A stretch of DNA of 63,077 nucleotides, filler included, from an uncultured bacterium (lineage in GTDB: Bacteria > Latescibacterota > UBA2968): assembly GCA_964471275.1 (NCBI GenBank). It is 11 parts of 11 records of this genome, joined end to end, with 100 filler letters (N's around TTAATTAATTAA, not from the genome) between each part and the next. Parts side by side here need not be neighbours in the genome. Positions count along the whole stretch, not along the records: positions 17,826 to 23,456 come from CAYYGZ010000272.1; positions 23,557 to 29,179 come from CAYYGZ010000273.1; positions 29,280 to 34,890 come from CAYYGZ010000274.1; 8 more parts are not named here. One strand, written 5' to 3'. This document shows positions 20,303 through 29,330 of the stretch, piece after piece (within the stretch, counting starts at the first letter, position 1; each line of letters opens with the position of its first letter). The notes under the pieces are model-generated. The model worked only from the letters and a program-made list of their open reading frames with translations. It did no database searches and was not told the DNA's origin. The translations under genes were made by a program, and so were the position numbers.

Positions 20303-21181
20303 ATGCTCAAGACACTCGGAGTGCTGCTCGTTCTCGCTACGGCCGTTCAAGCCGGCGAGCTGGAATGGTTCCTGCTCAAAGGGAACAAGGATATCCAGTT
20401 CGGCGGGCTCATCGACGAGATGCACAGCATACGCCTGATACAGGACGGTGAAGCGGATCTACGGGTCATCTACGGGGATCGACTCGGGCAGATTCACTCG
20501 GTCCGTTCAAAGGAAGGTCGATTCCAAGAAGAATGGGTCAGCCCGAACCTCCGTGGCCCGATCTCGGAAGTCTTTATCGCGGACGTGAACGATGATGAAC
20601 AGATCGAGATCGTCGCGTATACCGAGCTGGGCGAGATCGTCATCTTCCGCGCTTCTGACTACCGTGAGCTCTGGCGGAGCACCGATGATGAATTCAAGAC
20701 GATCTCCGGTATGGTTGTCGAGAACGTGGACGATGATCCGCAGCTGGAGATGGTATTCACGGCCGAGAGCGCGTCTGACATCGCAAGCTACCAGCCGATC
20801 CGAGGCGGATCCTCCGGGGATCAGGAGATCGTCAGGGCGAATCAGATAGCCCGGCTCTATGTGTATGACTGTCTCAACCTCTTTATGGAGTGGAGCTCAG
20901 AGCAGGGCCTGTCCGCCGAGAGCATCTGCGTTGCGGATTTTGACGATGACGGCATCCTGGAGATCGCGCTGAGCACGGGGTTCGTCGTAGATGCTGCTTT
21001 CCAGCGTGTCGAGTGGCATTGGCCGGACGGTTTCGGTCAGAGAATCGGCTATGCCGATCTCGACGGAGATGACATTCCAGAACTGATCGGGGAGTATCGT
21101 TCTTCGACTCGTCCCAGGCGTTCGATCCGTGTTTTCGATGTGGATCTGCAGTCGGAGAACTTCCTGAGCGCAGAACGGTAG
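20303..21181 (+). CDS. Secreted FG-GAP/VCBS-repeat protein
   Basis: Signal peptide; four Ca-binding-type repeats ADVNDDEQIEI, NVDDDPQLEM, ADFDDDGILEI, ADLDGDDIPEL. Confidence 0.75.
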   Translation: MLKTLGVLLVLATAVQAGELEWFLLKGNKDIQFGGLIDEMHSIRLIQDGEADLRVIYGDRLGQIHSVRSKEGRFQEEWVSPNLRGPISEVFIADVNDDEQIEIVAYTELGEIVIFRASDYRELWRSTDDEFKTISGMVVENVDDDPQLEMVFTAESASDIASYQPIRGGSSGDQEIVRANQIARLYVYDCLNLFMEWSSEQGLSAESICVADFDDDGILEIALSTGFVVDAAFQRVEWHWPDGFGQRIGYADLDGDDIPELIGEYRSSTRPRRSIRVFDVDLQSENFLSAER

Positions 21182-21186
21182 GTCTC

Positions 21187-22440
21187 GTGCCAGACACCAA
21201 AGATATAGATCTCGCGAGCTCCAGGTCCAAATCGGGTGACCCACTGGACCGGCCCTACTACAAGACGGCCATTCTTGGATTACTGGGGGTGCTGCTGTAT
21301 CTCCTCGCGGAGGACCTCTCTCCTATCATTGTCGGGTTGGGCCTCCTGATTCTGCTGTTCATGTCCAGACGCGGCGCGACGCTCGAGCTCGGTGTTGCGA
21401 CTGTGGCAAGTCTGCTGTTTTCCGTGTATGTGTTCCAGAGCGTGGCGGAGCTTCTCTGGCCCTTCGTCATCTCCTTTATCCTCGCATACCTGCTGGCACC
21501 GCTTGTGGGCATCCTGTCCCGCCGCCTCCCCAGGACCGCGGCTATCGCGCTGCTGGTCCTATCGCTCCTCGGGCTGTTGACCCTTGTTTCCTACGCGATC
21601 GTACCACGCATTATCGAGGAGGTCCGCGACCTCGTTTTCGCACTTCCCGCCTACGGAGAATACTTCAGATCGCTTTACCAGCGATTCAGTGATTGGCTCG
21701 CCCTGCATCGCTACACCGGCTACGCAAGCGAGATCCAGCAGCGGTTTGTGGACCGACTGCCGGAGGTGGGGAAGCTGTTCGCAGACCAGACAACGTCCGC
21801 TCTTCGCGGGCTGACTTCCGGGATCGCCGCTCTGCTTAATCTGCTGATGATTCCGTTTGTAACGTTCTACGTGCTGAAGGACTATGAGCGGATTAGCGAG
21901 ATCGCGACACAAGCCATCCCAACGCGGCACCGAGAGCGTGTGCTCGACTTGGTGAGCCGGGTTGATCTGGTCCTTGGCCAGTATGTTCGCGGCCAGTTGA
22001 TCGTTTCCACCTTCATCGCTGTGCTGACGGCTTTTGGGTTGGGTGTTTCCGGCATTCGATACGCCATGGTTCTCGGACTCACAGCAGGTGCGCTCAACCT
22101 GATCCCTTACGTCGGGCTGACGATATCGCTCGGGATTTCGCTGGTGGTTGCCCTGATGGATTCTGGGGGGCTGATCCAGTGTGTGAAGGTTCTGGTTGTC
22201 TTTGTGGTGGTACAGAGCGTCGAAGGGAACTTCCTTTCCCCACGTGTCGTCGGCGAGCGGGTGGGGCTCCATCCTGTTTGGGTGATGTTTGCCCTGGTCG
22301 TGGCCGCAAACCTTTGGGGAATGGTCGGAATGCTGATCGCCATACCCGTCGCCGCAGTCGTGAATATTGTCGTCAGACTCGTCGTCCAGCGCCTCTATGG
22401 CTCCCGGTTCTATTCCCGTCCAGAAACGCAGGTAGACTGA
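21187..22440 (+). CDS. AI-2E family (UPF0118/PerM) transporter
   Basis: LAYLL.P.V, YVRGQL, IPYVG, EGN.LSP.VVG..VGLHP, G..G.LIA.P. Confidence 0.92.
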   Translation: MPDTKDIDLASSRSKSGDPLDRPYYKTAILGLLGVLLYLLAEDLSPIIVGLGLLILLFMSRRGATLELGVATVASLLFSVYVFQSVAELLWPFVISFILAYLLAPLVGILSRRLPRTAAIALLVLSLLGLLTLVSYAIVPRIIEEVRDLVFALPAYGEYFRSLYQRFSDWLALHRYTGYASEIQQRFVDRLPEVGKLFADQTTSALRGLTSGIAALLNLLMIPFVTFYVLKDYERISEIATQAIPTRHRERVLDLVSRVDLVLGQYVRGQLIVSTFIAVLTAFGLGVSGIRYAMVLGLTAGALNLIPYVGLTISLGISLVVALMDSGGLIQCVKVLVVFVVVQSVEGNFLSPRVVGERVGLHPVWVMFALVVAANLWGMVGMLIAIPVAAVVNIVVRLVVQRLYGSRFYSRPETQVD

Positions 22441-22456
22441 CTCCCCTGCTGCCCTG

Positions 22457-22485
22457 TTGACTTGGCATGACGACTGACCTATTAT
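22457..22485 (+). promoter_or_regulatory. Putative sigma70 promoter
   Basis: TTGACT-17 nt-TATTAT upstream of the small membrane coiled-coil gene. Confidence 0.6.
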
Positions 22486-22564
22486 TCTCGTCGCCGCTGT
22501 AAATATCGGTGGCCTTGCAGTTTAGCAGGATCTAGGACGCCATCATCTTCCCCAGGAGGACCCA

Positions 22565-22882
22565 ATGCTCTACTGGGCGCTGTTCAGCCTNNNNNNNNNN
22601 CTTACGGGTGTGTTTGTAGTCAAGTATCTCACCGCCATAGAAATGCGGAAACTCGAACGTCGGCTCGAACGTGTGAAGGAAGACCTCACACAGGTCAAGA
22701 GCAAGCTCTCAGATGCTCAGGGCGACACGGAAATGGCGCGAGATGAAGAAGACGCGTTCGAGGAACGTGTTCGCCGGATCAAGGAAACCATCGAGGATCT
22801 GGAAATCCGTCTGACAACTGCTGCAGAGGACCGAGAGGACCAGATGATGGCCTCCGATTCTGCTCCGTCCACAAACTTCTGA
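22565..22882 (+). CDS. Small membrane-anchored coiled-coil hypothetical protein (contains a 10-N gap)
   Basis: AGGAGG RBS, hydrophobic N-terminus, heptad-rich charged helix. Confidence 0.75.
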   Translation: MLYWALFSXXXXLTGVFVVKYLTAIEMRKLERRLERVKEDLTQVKSKLSDAQGDTEMARDEEDAFEERVRRIKETIEDLEIRLTTAAEDREDQMMASDSAPSTNF

Positions 22883-22891
22883 GGAAAAACG

Positions 22892-23189
22892 ATGTTCTGG
22901 GCGATCTTGAGGGCCGTAGCCGTTCTTTTTGAGAAGTACTACACGGCTATGGGATCACGGAAGCTGCGCCGCCAGATCAACAAGGTGAAGCTCGACTTTG
23001 CACACTCGCGGTAGCGGCTCAAGGAAGTTTGAACAAGAGTATGATATGACCCGAGAGGAGAAACAGGTGATTCAGCGTGTTCGCATTGCGAAGGAGATGA
23101 TCATCGACGACCCGCGTCTCCGTTTGGCCCTGTCCGATGAGCAGGAAGCCGTTGTCGTGGACAACAAGAGCGTGTCCTTGAATTTCTAG
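22892..23189 (+). pseudogene. Disrupted tandem paralog of the preceding coiled-coil gene
   Basis: MFWAILRAVAVLFEKYYTAMGSRKLRRQINKVKLDFAHSR*RLKEV, then a frameshift to EQEYDMTREE...RLRL...SLNF*. Aligns by eye with the upstream protein (KY.TA...RKL.R....VK.D; ends NF). Confidence 0.65.
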
Positions 23190-23304
23190 CCCAACTGATA
23201 CTCTGTCTTTACGAATGTCTAGAGTCGCTGACTGATCAACTGATTGGTCGGCGTTTTTGTTTGTCTTTGCACCTGAATTTGCATCGGTTGCAGGGCTTCC
23301 TTTC

Positions 23305-23333
23305 TTGACGCGTCTCGGGTAAACGGGTATTTT
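23305..23333 (+). promoter_or_regulatory. Putative sigma70 promoter of tRNA-Pro
   Basis: TTGACG-17 nt-TATTTT about 50 bp upstream of the tRNA. Confidence 0.55.
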
Positions 23334-23383
23334 CAAGTCGCAGGAAACTCAAGTTTACTCATTTTCGAAACCGGAACAGTGGT

Positions 23384-23456
<73 letters not shown>

Positions 23457-23558
23457 NNNNNNNNNNNNNNNNNNNNNNNNNNNNNNNNNNNNNNNNNNNN
23501 TTAATTAATTAANNNNNNNNNNNNNNNNNNNNNNNNNNNNNNNNNNNNNNNNNNNNCC

Positions 23559-24824
23559 AGTACGGAAGCGATCTTTATCCAGGGCGACGACCAGGCTGAA
23601 TTGACGCTGCAGGCAACTGTGGGCGGGAATCGAGTTACCAAACGACTCCTGTTTCAGGGCAATCGTTTCCGTGCGGAGTATTCGATCGACGTAGATGGGA
23701 TCACTGCGCAGGACTGGCTGTCTGTAGGGTGGGATGGGTCGCTTGCGGATACGGAAGGGACGGCGGGCGAAGAGGCGGGCTACGCAACGCCGGTTACCGA
23801 CAAGGTCGTCACGCTTGCGGGCGAAGAGGTGGAAGACTGGACGGTCGAGGGAATCAACGAAGAAGATGTGAACATGCCGAGCGGTCGGAATGTTTCCTGG
23901 GTCGTCACCAGAAACGCCTACTTCACAACGGCCCTTATGCCTCGGGACGATGTGATCTACGATGTCTACCTGACCGGATCCACGTCGCAGGAAGGTCTGC
24001 CGCACTTCGGTACAGAGATTCGCGCGCAGTACGCGGGAGAGCCGCTCTCGTTCGGTTTGATGGTCGGACCTCTTTCCTATTCGATCCTACAGCGGCAGGA
24101 GGTCGATCTATACGGCCGAGACACCTACGCGAACCTCGGCGAGCTTGTTCAGTTTGGCTGGGCCTTTATCAGACCAATTCTGAGACCGATGACGATTCTA
24201 TGTATTCATGCGTTTTCTGCACTGCATAACGTTCTGCCTAACTATGGCTTTGTCATCATCGTCTTCTCTGTCCTGGTGAAAGTCATCCTCTTTCCGTTGA
24301 CCCGCAAGAGCACGGAGTCGATGGGAAAGATGCAGGAAATCCAGCCGCAGATGACGGCTCTGCGCGAGAAGCACGCGAATGACCAGCAGAAGCTGAATCA
24401 GGAAATGATGAAGCTGTACAAGGATCAAGGCGTGAACCCGCTCGGTGGCTGTCTCCCGCTCTTTCTGCAGGCCCCGATCATGTTCTCCCTTTTCAACCTG
24501 TTCAGGAATGCCATCGAGCTTCGCCAAAGTGGCTTCCTCGGTTGGATAACGGATCTCTCGAAACCGGATTCGTTGACGGTGGCGGGTTTTGACCTGCACG
24601 TCCTCCCGCTGCTCATGGCCTCGGCAATGTTCGTTCAACAGAAGATCACGATGAAGGATCCGAAGCAGGCCGCCATGGTCTACATCATGCCTGTGTTTAT
24701 GATCTGGATCTTCTGGAGCATGTCTTCCGGGCTCGTCCTCTACTTCACGATGTACAACCTCCTGTCACTCGTGGAGCAGCAGGCCCTCAAGCACTTCAAG
24801 ACTGAGGCTGCTCCCGCAGCCTGA
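23559..24824 (+). CDS. yidC: Membrane protein insertase YidC (5' truncated)
   Basis: NYG..II...LVK..LFPLT, GVNPLGGCLP..LQ.PI, WITDLS.PD, SGLVLY. Confidence 0.96.
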   Translation, partial: STEAIFIQGDDQAELTLQATVGGNRVTKRLLFQGNRFRAEYSIDVDGITAQDWLSVGWDGSLADTEGTAGEEAGYATPVTDKVVTLAGEEVEDWTVEGINEEDVNMPSGRNVSWVVTRNAYFTTALMPRDDVIYDVYLTGSTSQEGLPHFGTEIRAQYAGEPLSFGLMVGPLSYSILQRQEVDLYGRDTYANLGELVQFGWAFIRPILRPMTILCIHAFSALHNVLPNYGFVIIVFSVLVKVILFPLTRKSTESMGKMQEIQPQMTALREKHANDQQKLNQEMMKLYKDQGVNPLGGCLPLFLQAPIMFSLFNLFRNAIELRQSGFLGWITDLSKPDSLTVAGFDLHVLPLLMASAMFVQQKITMKDPKQAAMVYIMPVFMIWIFWSMSSGLVLYFTMYNLLSLVEQQALKHFKTEAAPAA

Positions 24825-24832
24825 TTTCTCAC

Positions 24833-26185
24833 GTGTCCACTAATCCACAGGACACGATTGTCGCTATTGCCACGGCCCACGGGGCGGGGGCAGTCGGTAT
24901 CGTCCGCCTCTCCGGTTCTCAGGCAATAGAGATCGCTTCCCGTCACATCGTTCTGAATACACCCCTGGGTGTGCTGGAGTCCCACCAACTCCGTCGCGGT
25001 TTCCTGCTGCTGAGTGGCCAGGAGGCGGATGAAGTCCTCGTGTTTGTCGGACGCCGACCCAACAGCTATACGGGCGAGGACACGGTCGAATTCCACTGCC
25101 ACGGCAACCCTGTCCTTCTGGGTCAGCTTGTCCAATCGCTTGAAGGTGCAGGTGCACGTGTAGCCGAGCCTGGTGAATTTACCAAGCGAGCATTCCTGAA
25201 CGGGAAGATGGACCTGGCCCAGGCCGAGGCCGTTGCCGATCTCGTGTCGGCCACAACGGATCACGGGCTGCGGAGCGCGTTCTTCCAGCTGAGGGGCGGT
25301 CTGAGATCCCGGTTCAAGGCACTTGTGAGCCAGCTACGGCAGACAAAGGCACTCATCGAGGCTGATCTCGATTTCTCGGAGGATGTATCGATCGATTCCG
25401 GCGTCATACAGAGGCAGCTAGCCGAGGCCGTAGCGTTGCTCGAATCCCAGATCAAATCCTACCAGACGGGTAAGCTAATCCGGACAGGGTGCCGCGTCAC
25501 GCTGTGCGGAAAACCCAATGTCGGCAAATCAAGTCTGATGAATGCGCTACTCGGCCAGGACAGGGCGATTGTAGCAGAGAGTTCCGGTACGACAAGAGAC
25601 ACGATTGAGGAGTCCATTGAGATTGGCGGTGTTCACGTCGTCCTCACAGACACGGCGGGGCTGCACGAGACCGGTGACCCTGTCGAACTGGAAGGAACTA
25701 GGAGATCATCGATTGCTGTCGCGGGTTCGGACACGGTTCTGCTTGTGATGGATGGAAGTCAGGATCCGAACGAGGAGGACCTGAAGTTATTGAGGACGAT
25801 GAGAGAGGCCGTTGTAATACTAAACAAGGCCGATCTGGGAATCGCTGAATCCTGGGATGTGTCCTCTCGTGACGCCAGCCCCATCGCGCTGTCTGCTCTC
25901 ACCGGTCAGAACCTGGACATCCTGAGGGATCGCATTCAAACGGAAATGCTGGGAAGCCACGAGATCGGCTACGAAGCGATCACGAACGAGCGTCACGTGA
26001 TTGCCCTGGATCAAGCGCGAGCGGCTCTGAAGATGGCCTCGGATGCTGTCAGCCGCGGAGAGCCGGGAGAAGTCGTGAGTTTCGAGATCGATGGGGGATT
26101 GACAGCGCTGGCGGACGTGGTTGGTGAGACAACAGCGCAAGATATCCTGGATACGATCTTTGGCCAGTTCTGTATCGGGAAGTAG
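24833..26185 (+). CDS. mnmE: tRNA modification GTPase MnmE (TrmE)
   Basis: DTIVAIAT, SYTGED, PGEFTKRAFLNGK, GKPNVGKSS, GTTRD, DTAG, C-terminal FCIGK. Confidence 0.97.
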   Translation: MSTNPQDTIVAIATAHGAGAVGIVRLSGSQAIEIASRHIVLNTPLGVLESHQLRRGFLLLSGQEADEVLVFVGRRPNSYTGEDTVEFHCHGNPVLLGQLVQSLEGAGARVAEPGEFTKRAFLNGKMDLAQAEAVADLVSATTDHGLRSAFFQLRGGLRSRFKALVSQLRQTKALIEADLDFSEDVSIDSGVIQRQLAEAVALLESQIKSYQTGKLIRTGCRVTLCGKPNVGKSSLMNALLGQDRAIVAESSGTTRDTIEESIEIGGVHVVLTDTAGLHETGDPVELEGTRRSSIAVAGSDTVLLVMDGSQDPNEEDLKLLRTMREAVVILNKADLGIAESWDVSSRDASPIALSALTGQNLDILRDRIQTEMLGSHEIGYEAITNERHVIALDQARAALKMASDAVSRGEPGEVVSFEIDGGLTALADVVGETTAQDILDTIFGQFCIGK

Positions 26186-26186
26186 A

Positions 26187-26202
26187 GGTTTCACGTGGAA
26201 CA
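26187..26202. promoter_or_regulatory. parS centromere-like site
   Basis: GGTTTCACGTGGAACA, close to the consensus TGTTTCACGTGAAACA, between mnmE and rsmG. Confidence 0.85.
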
Positions 26203-26214
26203 TAGAGCAGAGCC

Positions 26215-26856
26215 ATGGGTCGCCTGAAACACGACAACCCCGATCTTGACCGGTTTGATGCCCTCTTGCACTCGATGGACATTCGGGTGGACGGCCCCAC
26301 GGTCAATCGACTGATAGCTTACCAGGGCCTGATTGCGTCTTGGAATGGCCGAGTGCGTCTTGTTTCCAGATCTGACAGCGACCGGATACTCAGCAAGCAC
26401 ATATTCGAGTCTCTATTGCTACTGAGTCATTTGGGTCCAGATGTGGCACGTTTGGCTGACATTGGGACTGGCGGAGGGTTTCCCGGGATTCCTCTGGCCC
26501 TGGCCAGATCCGACACTCAGGTGAGCCTGATCGAGTCGGCCCGGATGAAGACCCTCTTTCTGAAAGAGGCTGTGGGGTCCTTGTCGCTGACGAACGTTGA
26601 GGTTCTTTACGATAGAGCTGAGCGCGTTGCGGAGACAAGAAAAGGGACCTTCGATATCGCAACATCGAGAGCTGTGGCGGGGCTTGATCGTGTCTGGGAG
26701 CTGGCGGAGCCCCTTCTGAAATCCCAGGGCGTCCTCCTGTCCCTGAAGGGACCCGGTGAGGCCGAGGCAGATCTCGGGCCACTGGGTATCGAATTTAAGG
26801 AGCATCACATTCGAACAGATGACCGGACGGTTGCGATCGTGGTCGTACGCAAGTAG
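26215..26856 (+). CDS. rsmG: 16S rRNA (G527-N7)-methyltransferase RsmG (GidB)
   Basis: WN...LVS, KHI.ESL, DIGTGGGFPGIPLA, RAE, SRAVA, LKG. Confidence 0.95.
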   Translation: MGRLKHDNPDLDRFDALLHSMDIRVDGPTVNRLIAYQGLIASWNGRVRLVSRSDSDRILSKHIFESLLLLSHLGPDVARLADIGTGGGFPGIPLALARSDTQVSLIESARMKTLFLKEAVGSLSLTNVEVLYDRAERVAETRKGTFDIATSRAVAGLDRVWELAEPLLKSQGVLLSLKGPGEAEADLGPLGIEFKEHHIRTDDRTVAIVVVRK

Positions 26857-26865
26857 AGCCATCGG

Positions 26866-26881
26866 TGTTCCACGTGGAACA
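26866..26881. promoter_or_regulatory. parS centromere-like site
   Basis: Perfect palindrome TGTTCCACGTGGAACA just after rsmG. Confidence 0.9.
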
Positions 26882-26966
26882 TTCGGTGGTCTGGGCCTGC
26901 ATCGATTGTCTGGAACGTGGTTTGAGGTGCTGCGGGTAGTTGCCTAGATTGCAGGTCCGGAATAGC

Positions 26967-27009
26967 AAAAGAATAAGCCCCTCTCTCGAGACGAGAAAGG
27001 GGCTTATTC
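26967..27009 (-). terminator. Intrinsic terminator (possibly bidirectional) after the fumC-FAH genes
   Basis: GAATAAGCCCC...GGGGCTTATTC hairpin followed by TTTT on the minus strand. Confidence 0.75.
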
Positions 27010-27030
27010 GTGTAAAGCTGGGTTGGGTGA

Positions 27031-27891
27031 TCAGGCGACAGCGACCGGATTCTCGAGGCGACCGATCTCGTCGATTTCAATGGCAACACGATCCCCTGCT
27101 TTCAGCCAAAGCTGCGGATCACGTGCCATCCCGACTCCGGGAGGCGTTCCTGTGAAGATCAGGTCACCCGGGTTCAAGGTGAACACGTGGGACAGATAGG
27201 CGATCAGCTGGGGGATCTTGAAGATCAGTTGCGCCGTGCTCGAGTCCTGTACCGTCTCGCCATTCAGGATACAGCGGATCCCGAGACCGTGCGGATCAGC
27301 GATCTCATCTGCCGTGACGAGGTCAGGCCCGATGGGGGCAAAGGTGTCGAAGGTCTTGCCCATCATCCACTGACCCCCGGGCTTCTGCAGCTGATAGTCC
27401 CGCGCACTGACGTCGTGTCCGACCGTATAGCCCGCGACGTGGTCCATCGCGTCGGCCTCGGGGATGTTGAGTCCTGATCTCCCGATCACAACGACGAGTT
27501 CGGCCTCGTAGTCGGGCTCATTGCTCGAGGACGGCAGGTTGATCGTATCGCCCGGGCCGATGATTGCGGACGCATACTTGGAGAACACGATCGGCTCTGT
27601 GGGGATATCCATCCCGCTCTCAGCTGCGTGATCCGCATAATTCAGACCGATGCAGATGAGTTTCTCCGGGTTCTGGATTGGGGCCAGGATATCGACGCTA
27701 TCGGCACTGTAGCTCGGTCTTCCCGAGCCGACAGCCTTCTCTGCTGCTGATCGTGCCCCGTCACCGGACTCGAGGAAGGATCGCATATCTGAGGGGATCG
27801 CGCTGTCTGCTGCCGCAAGATCTATGATCTGATCACCCGCCCGTGCACCAAGTCGGGCGGTACTTCGCTCGCGGAATGTCACCAATCTCAT
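27031..27891 (-). CDS. Fumarylacetoacetate hydrolase family protein
   Basis: KLICIGLNYADHA.E, DYEAEL, DVSARD, GKTFDTF.P.GP, TGTPPGVG. Confidence 0.95.
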   Translation of the reverse strand: MRLVTFRERSTARLGARAGDQIIDLAAADSAIPSDMRSFLESGDGARSAAEKAVGSGRPSYSADSVDILAPIQNPEKLICIGLNYADHAAESGMDIPTEPIVFSKYASAIIGPGDTINLPSSSNEPDYEAELVVVIGRSGLNIPEADAMDHVAGYTVGHDVSARDYQLQKPGGQWMMGKTFDTFAPIGPDLVTADEIADPHGLGIRCILNGETVQDSSTAQLIFKIPQLIAYLSHVFTLNPGDLIFTGTPPGVGMARDPQLWLKAGDRVAIEIDEIGRLENPVAVA

Positions 27892-27910
27892 TGCTGCTCC
27901 TTTCGTCTGA

Positions 27911-29134
27911 TCACGCTTTGGGCGTAGTCATTTCCTCAGGACGGACGAGCTTGTCGAATTCCTTGCCCGTCAGCAGTCCGAGTGACTCGGCTGCTTCACG
28001 CAGCGTTGAGTTGTCCTGGTATGCCTTCTTCGCCACCTTTGCGGCATTGTCGTAGCCGATGTGCGGGTTCAGCGCGGTCACCAGCATAAGTGAGTCTCCG
28101 AGCAGTTGGTCGATCTTGTCCCGGTTGGGTTCGATTCCGGTTGCACAATGGTCGTTGAATGCTTCGCACGCATCGGAGATGAGGCGGATCGACTGAAGCA
28201 AATTGAAGATCATAACCGGCTTGAAGACGTTCAACTCAAAGTTCCCGCTGGCACCTGCGAAACCGATCGTCGTGTCGTTGCCCAGAACCTGGGCGGCCAC
28301 CATTGTCATGGCTTCCGACTGGGTTGGATTCACCTTGCCTGGCATGATGGAGCTTCCGGGTTCGTTGGCCGGGATGGTCAGCTCACCGATTCCGCAGCGT
28401 GGCCCAGAGGCCAGCCATCGAACATCGTTTGCGATCTTCATCAGTGATGCGGCAATTGTCTTGAGTGTGCCACTGAACTCGACCACGGCATCGTGAGCGG
28501 CCAAAGCTTCGAACTTATTCCCTGCAGAAATGAACGGAAGTCCTGTAATTTCAGTAACTTGCGCTGCTGATTTGTCTGCGAACTCTGGATGTGTATTGAG
28601 CCCTGTTCCGACCGCCGTACCCCCCAGGGCGAGTTCATACAAGCTCGGCAGACTCCGGTCGATTCGCTCGAGCGCTTTTGTGAGCTGCGTGACATATCCC
28701 GAGAACTCCTGACCCAGCGTCAGCGGCACGGCGTCCATCAGGTGTGTTCGTCCGATCTTCGTGATCTCCTCGAAGGCCCTCTGCTTGCGCGCGAGCGTAT
28801 CTCGCAGCTGGGTAATCATGGGGATCAGCCGACGGTTGATCTCCTCGGCTGCGGCGATGTGCATGGCCGTGGGGAACGTGTCATTCGAAGATTGTGCCAT
28901 GTTCACATCATCGTTGGGGTGAACGGGATCCTTGCTTCCCATCTCGCCACCTGCCATCTCGATTGCACGGTTGGAAATCACCTCGTTCGCATTCATGTTC
29001 GATTGGGTGCCGCTTCCGGTTTGCCATACGCGAAGAGGGAAATGGTCATCAAGCTTGCCCTCGATTACCTCGTCAGCTGCCCGGGTCAGGAGGTCCGCTT
29101 TCCCCCTCGGCATCTTCTTCAGATCGGCGTTCAC
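27911..29134 (-). CDS. fumC: Class II fumarate hydratase FumC (5' truncated)
   Basis: [55 protein letters not shown]. Confidence 0.97.
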   Translation of the reverse strand: MNADLKKMPRGKADLLTRAADEVIEGKLDDHFPLRVWQTGSGTQSNMNANEVISNRAIEMAGGEMGSKDPVHPNDDVNMAQSSNDTFPTAMHIAAAEEINRRLIPMITQLRDTLARKQRAFEEITKIGRTHLMDAVPLTLGQEFSGYVTQLTKALERIDRSLPSLYELALGGTAVGTGLNTHPEFADKSAAQVTEITGLPFISAGNKFEALAAHDAVVEFSGTLKTIAASLMKIANDVRWLASGPRCGIGELTIPANEPGSSIMPGKVNPTQSEAMTMVAAQVLGNDTTIGFAGASGNFELNVFKPVMIFNLLQSIRLISDACEAFNDHCATGIEPNRDKIDQLLGDSLMLVTALNPHIGYDNAAKVAKKAYQDNSTLREAAESLGLLTGKEFDKLVRPEEMTTPKA

Positions 29135-29279
29135 GAGCGCCGCGGCACCAGTGTCTGTCCCATACGTCGCATAACAGCANNNNNNNNNNNNNNNNNNNNN
29201 NNNNNNNNNNNNNNNNNNNNNNNTTAATTAATTAANNNNNNNNNNNNNNNNNNNNNNNNNNNNNNNNNNNNNNNNNNNN

Positions 29280-29328
29280 GGAGATCAAAGGAGGACCTGA
29301 AGTGTCAACACCATTACGACACTGGACA
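29280..29328 (+). mobile_element. Right end of an IS481-family element
   Basis: 44 bp (29285-29328) identical to the 3' end of the transposase plus terminal repeat at 35409-35452; ends TGTCAACACC...GGACA. Confidence 0.85.
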
Positions 29329-29330
29329 AC

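Noticed and set aside
24825..24840. TTTCTCACGTGTCCAC as a third parS
   Set aside because: Only the CACGTG core matches; the arms are not palindromic, and it overlaps the mnmE start.
29147..29179. Unusual N-terminal extension of FumC
   Set aside because: Sequence at the extreme contig end does not match the expected fumarase helix; most likely an end-of-contig misjoin.
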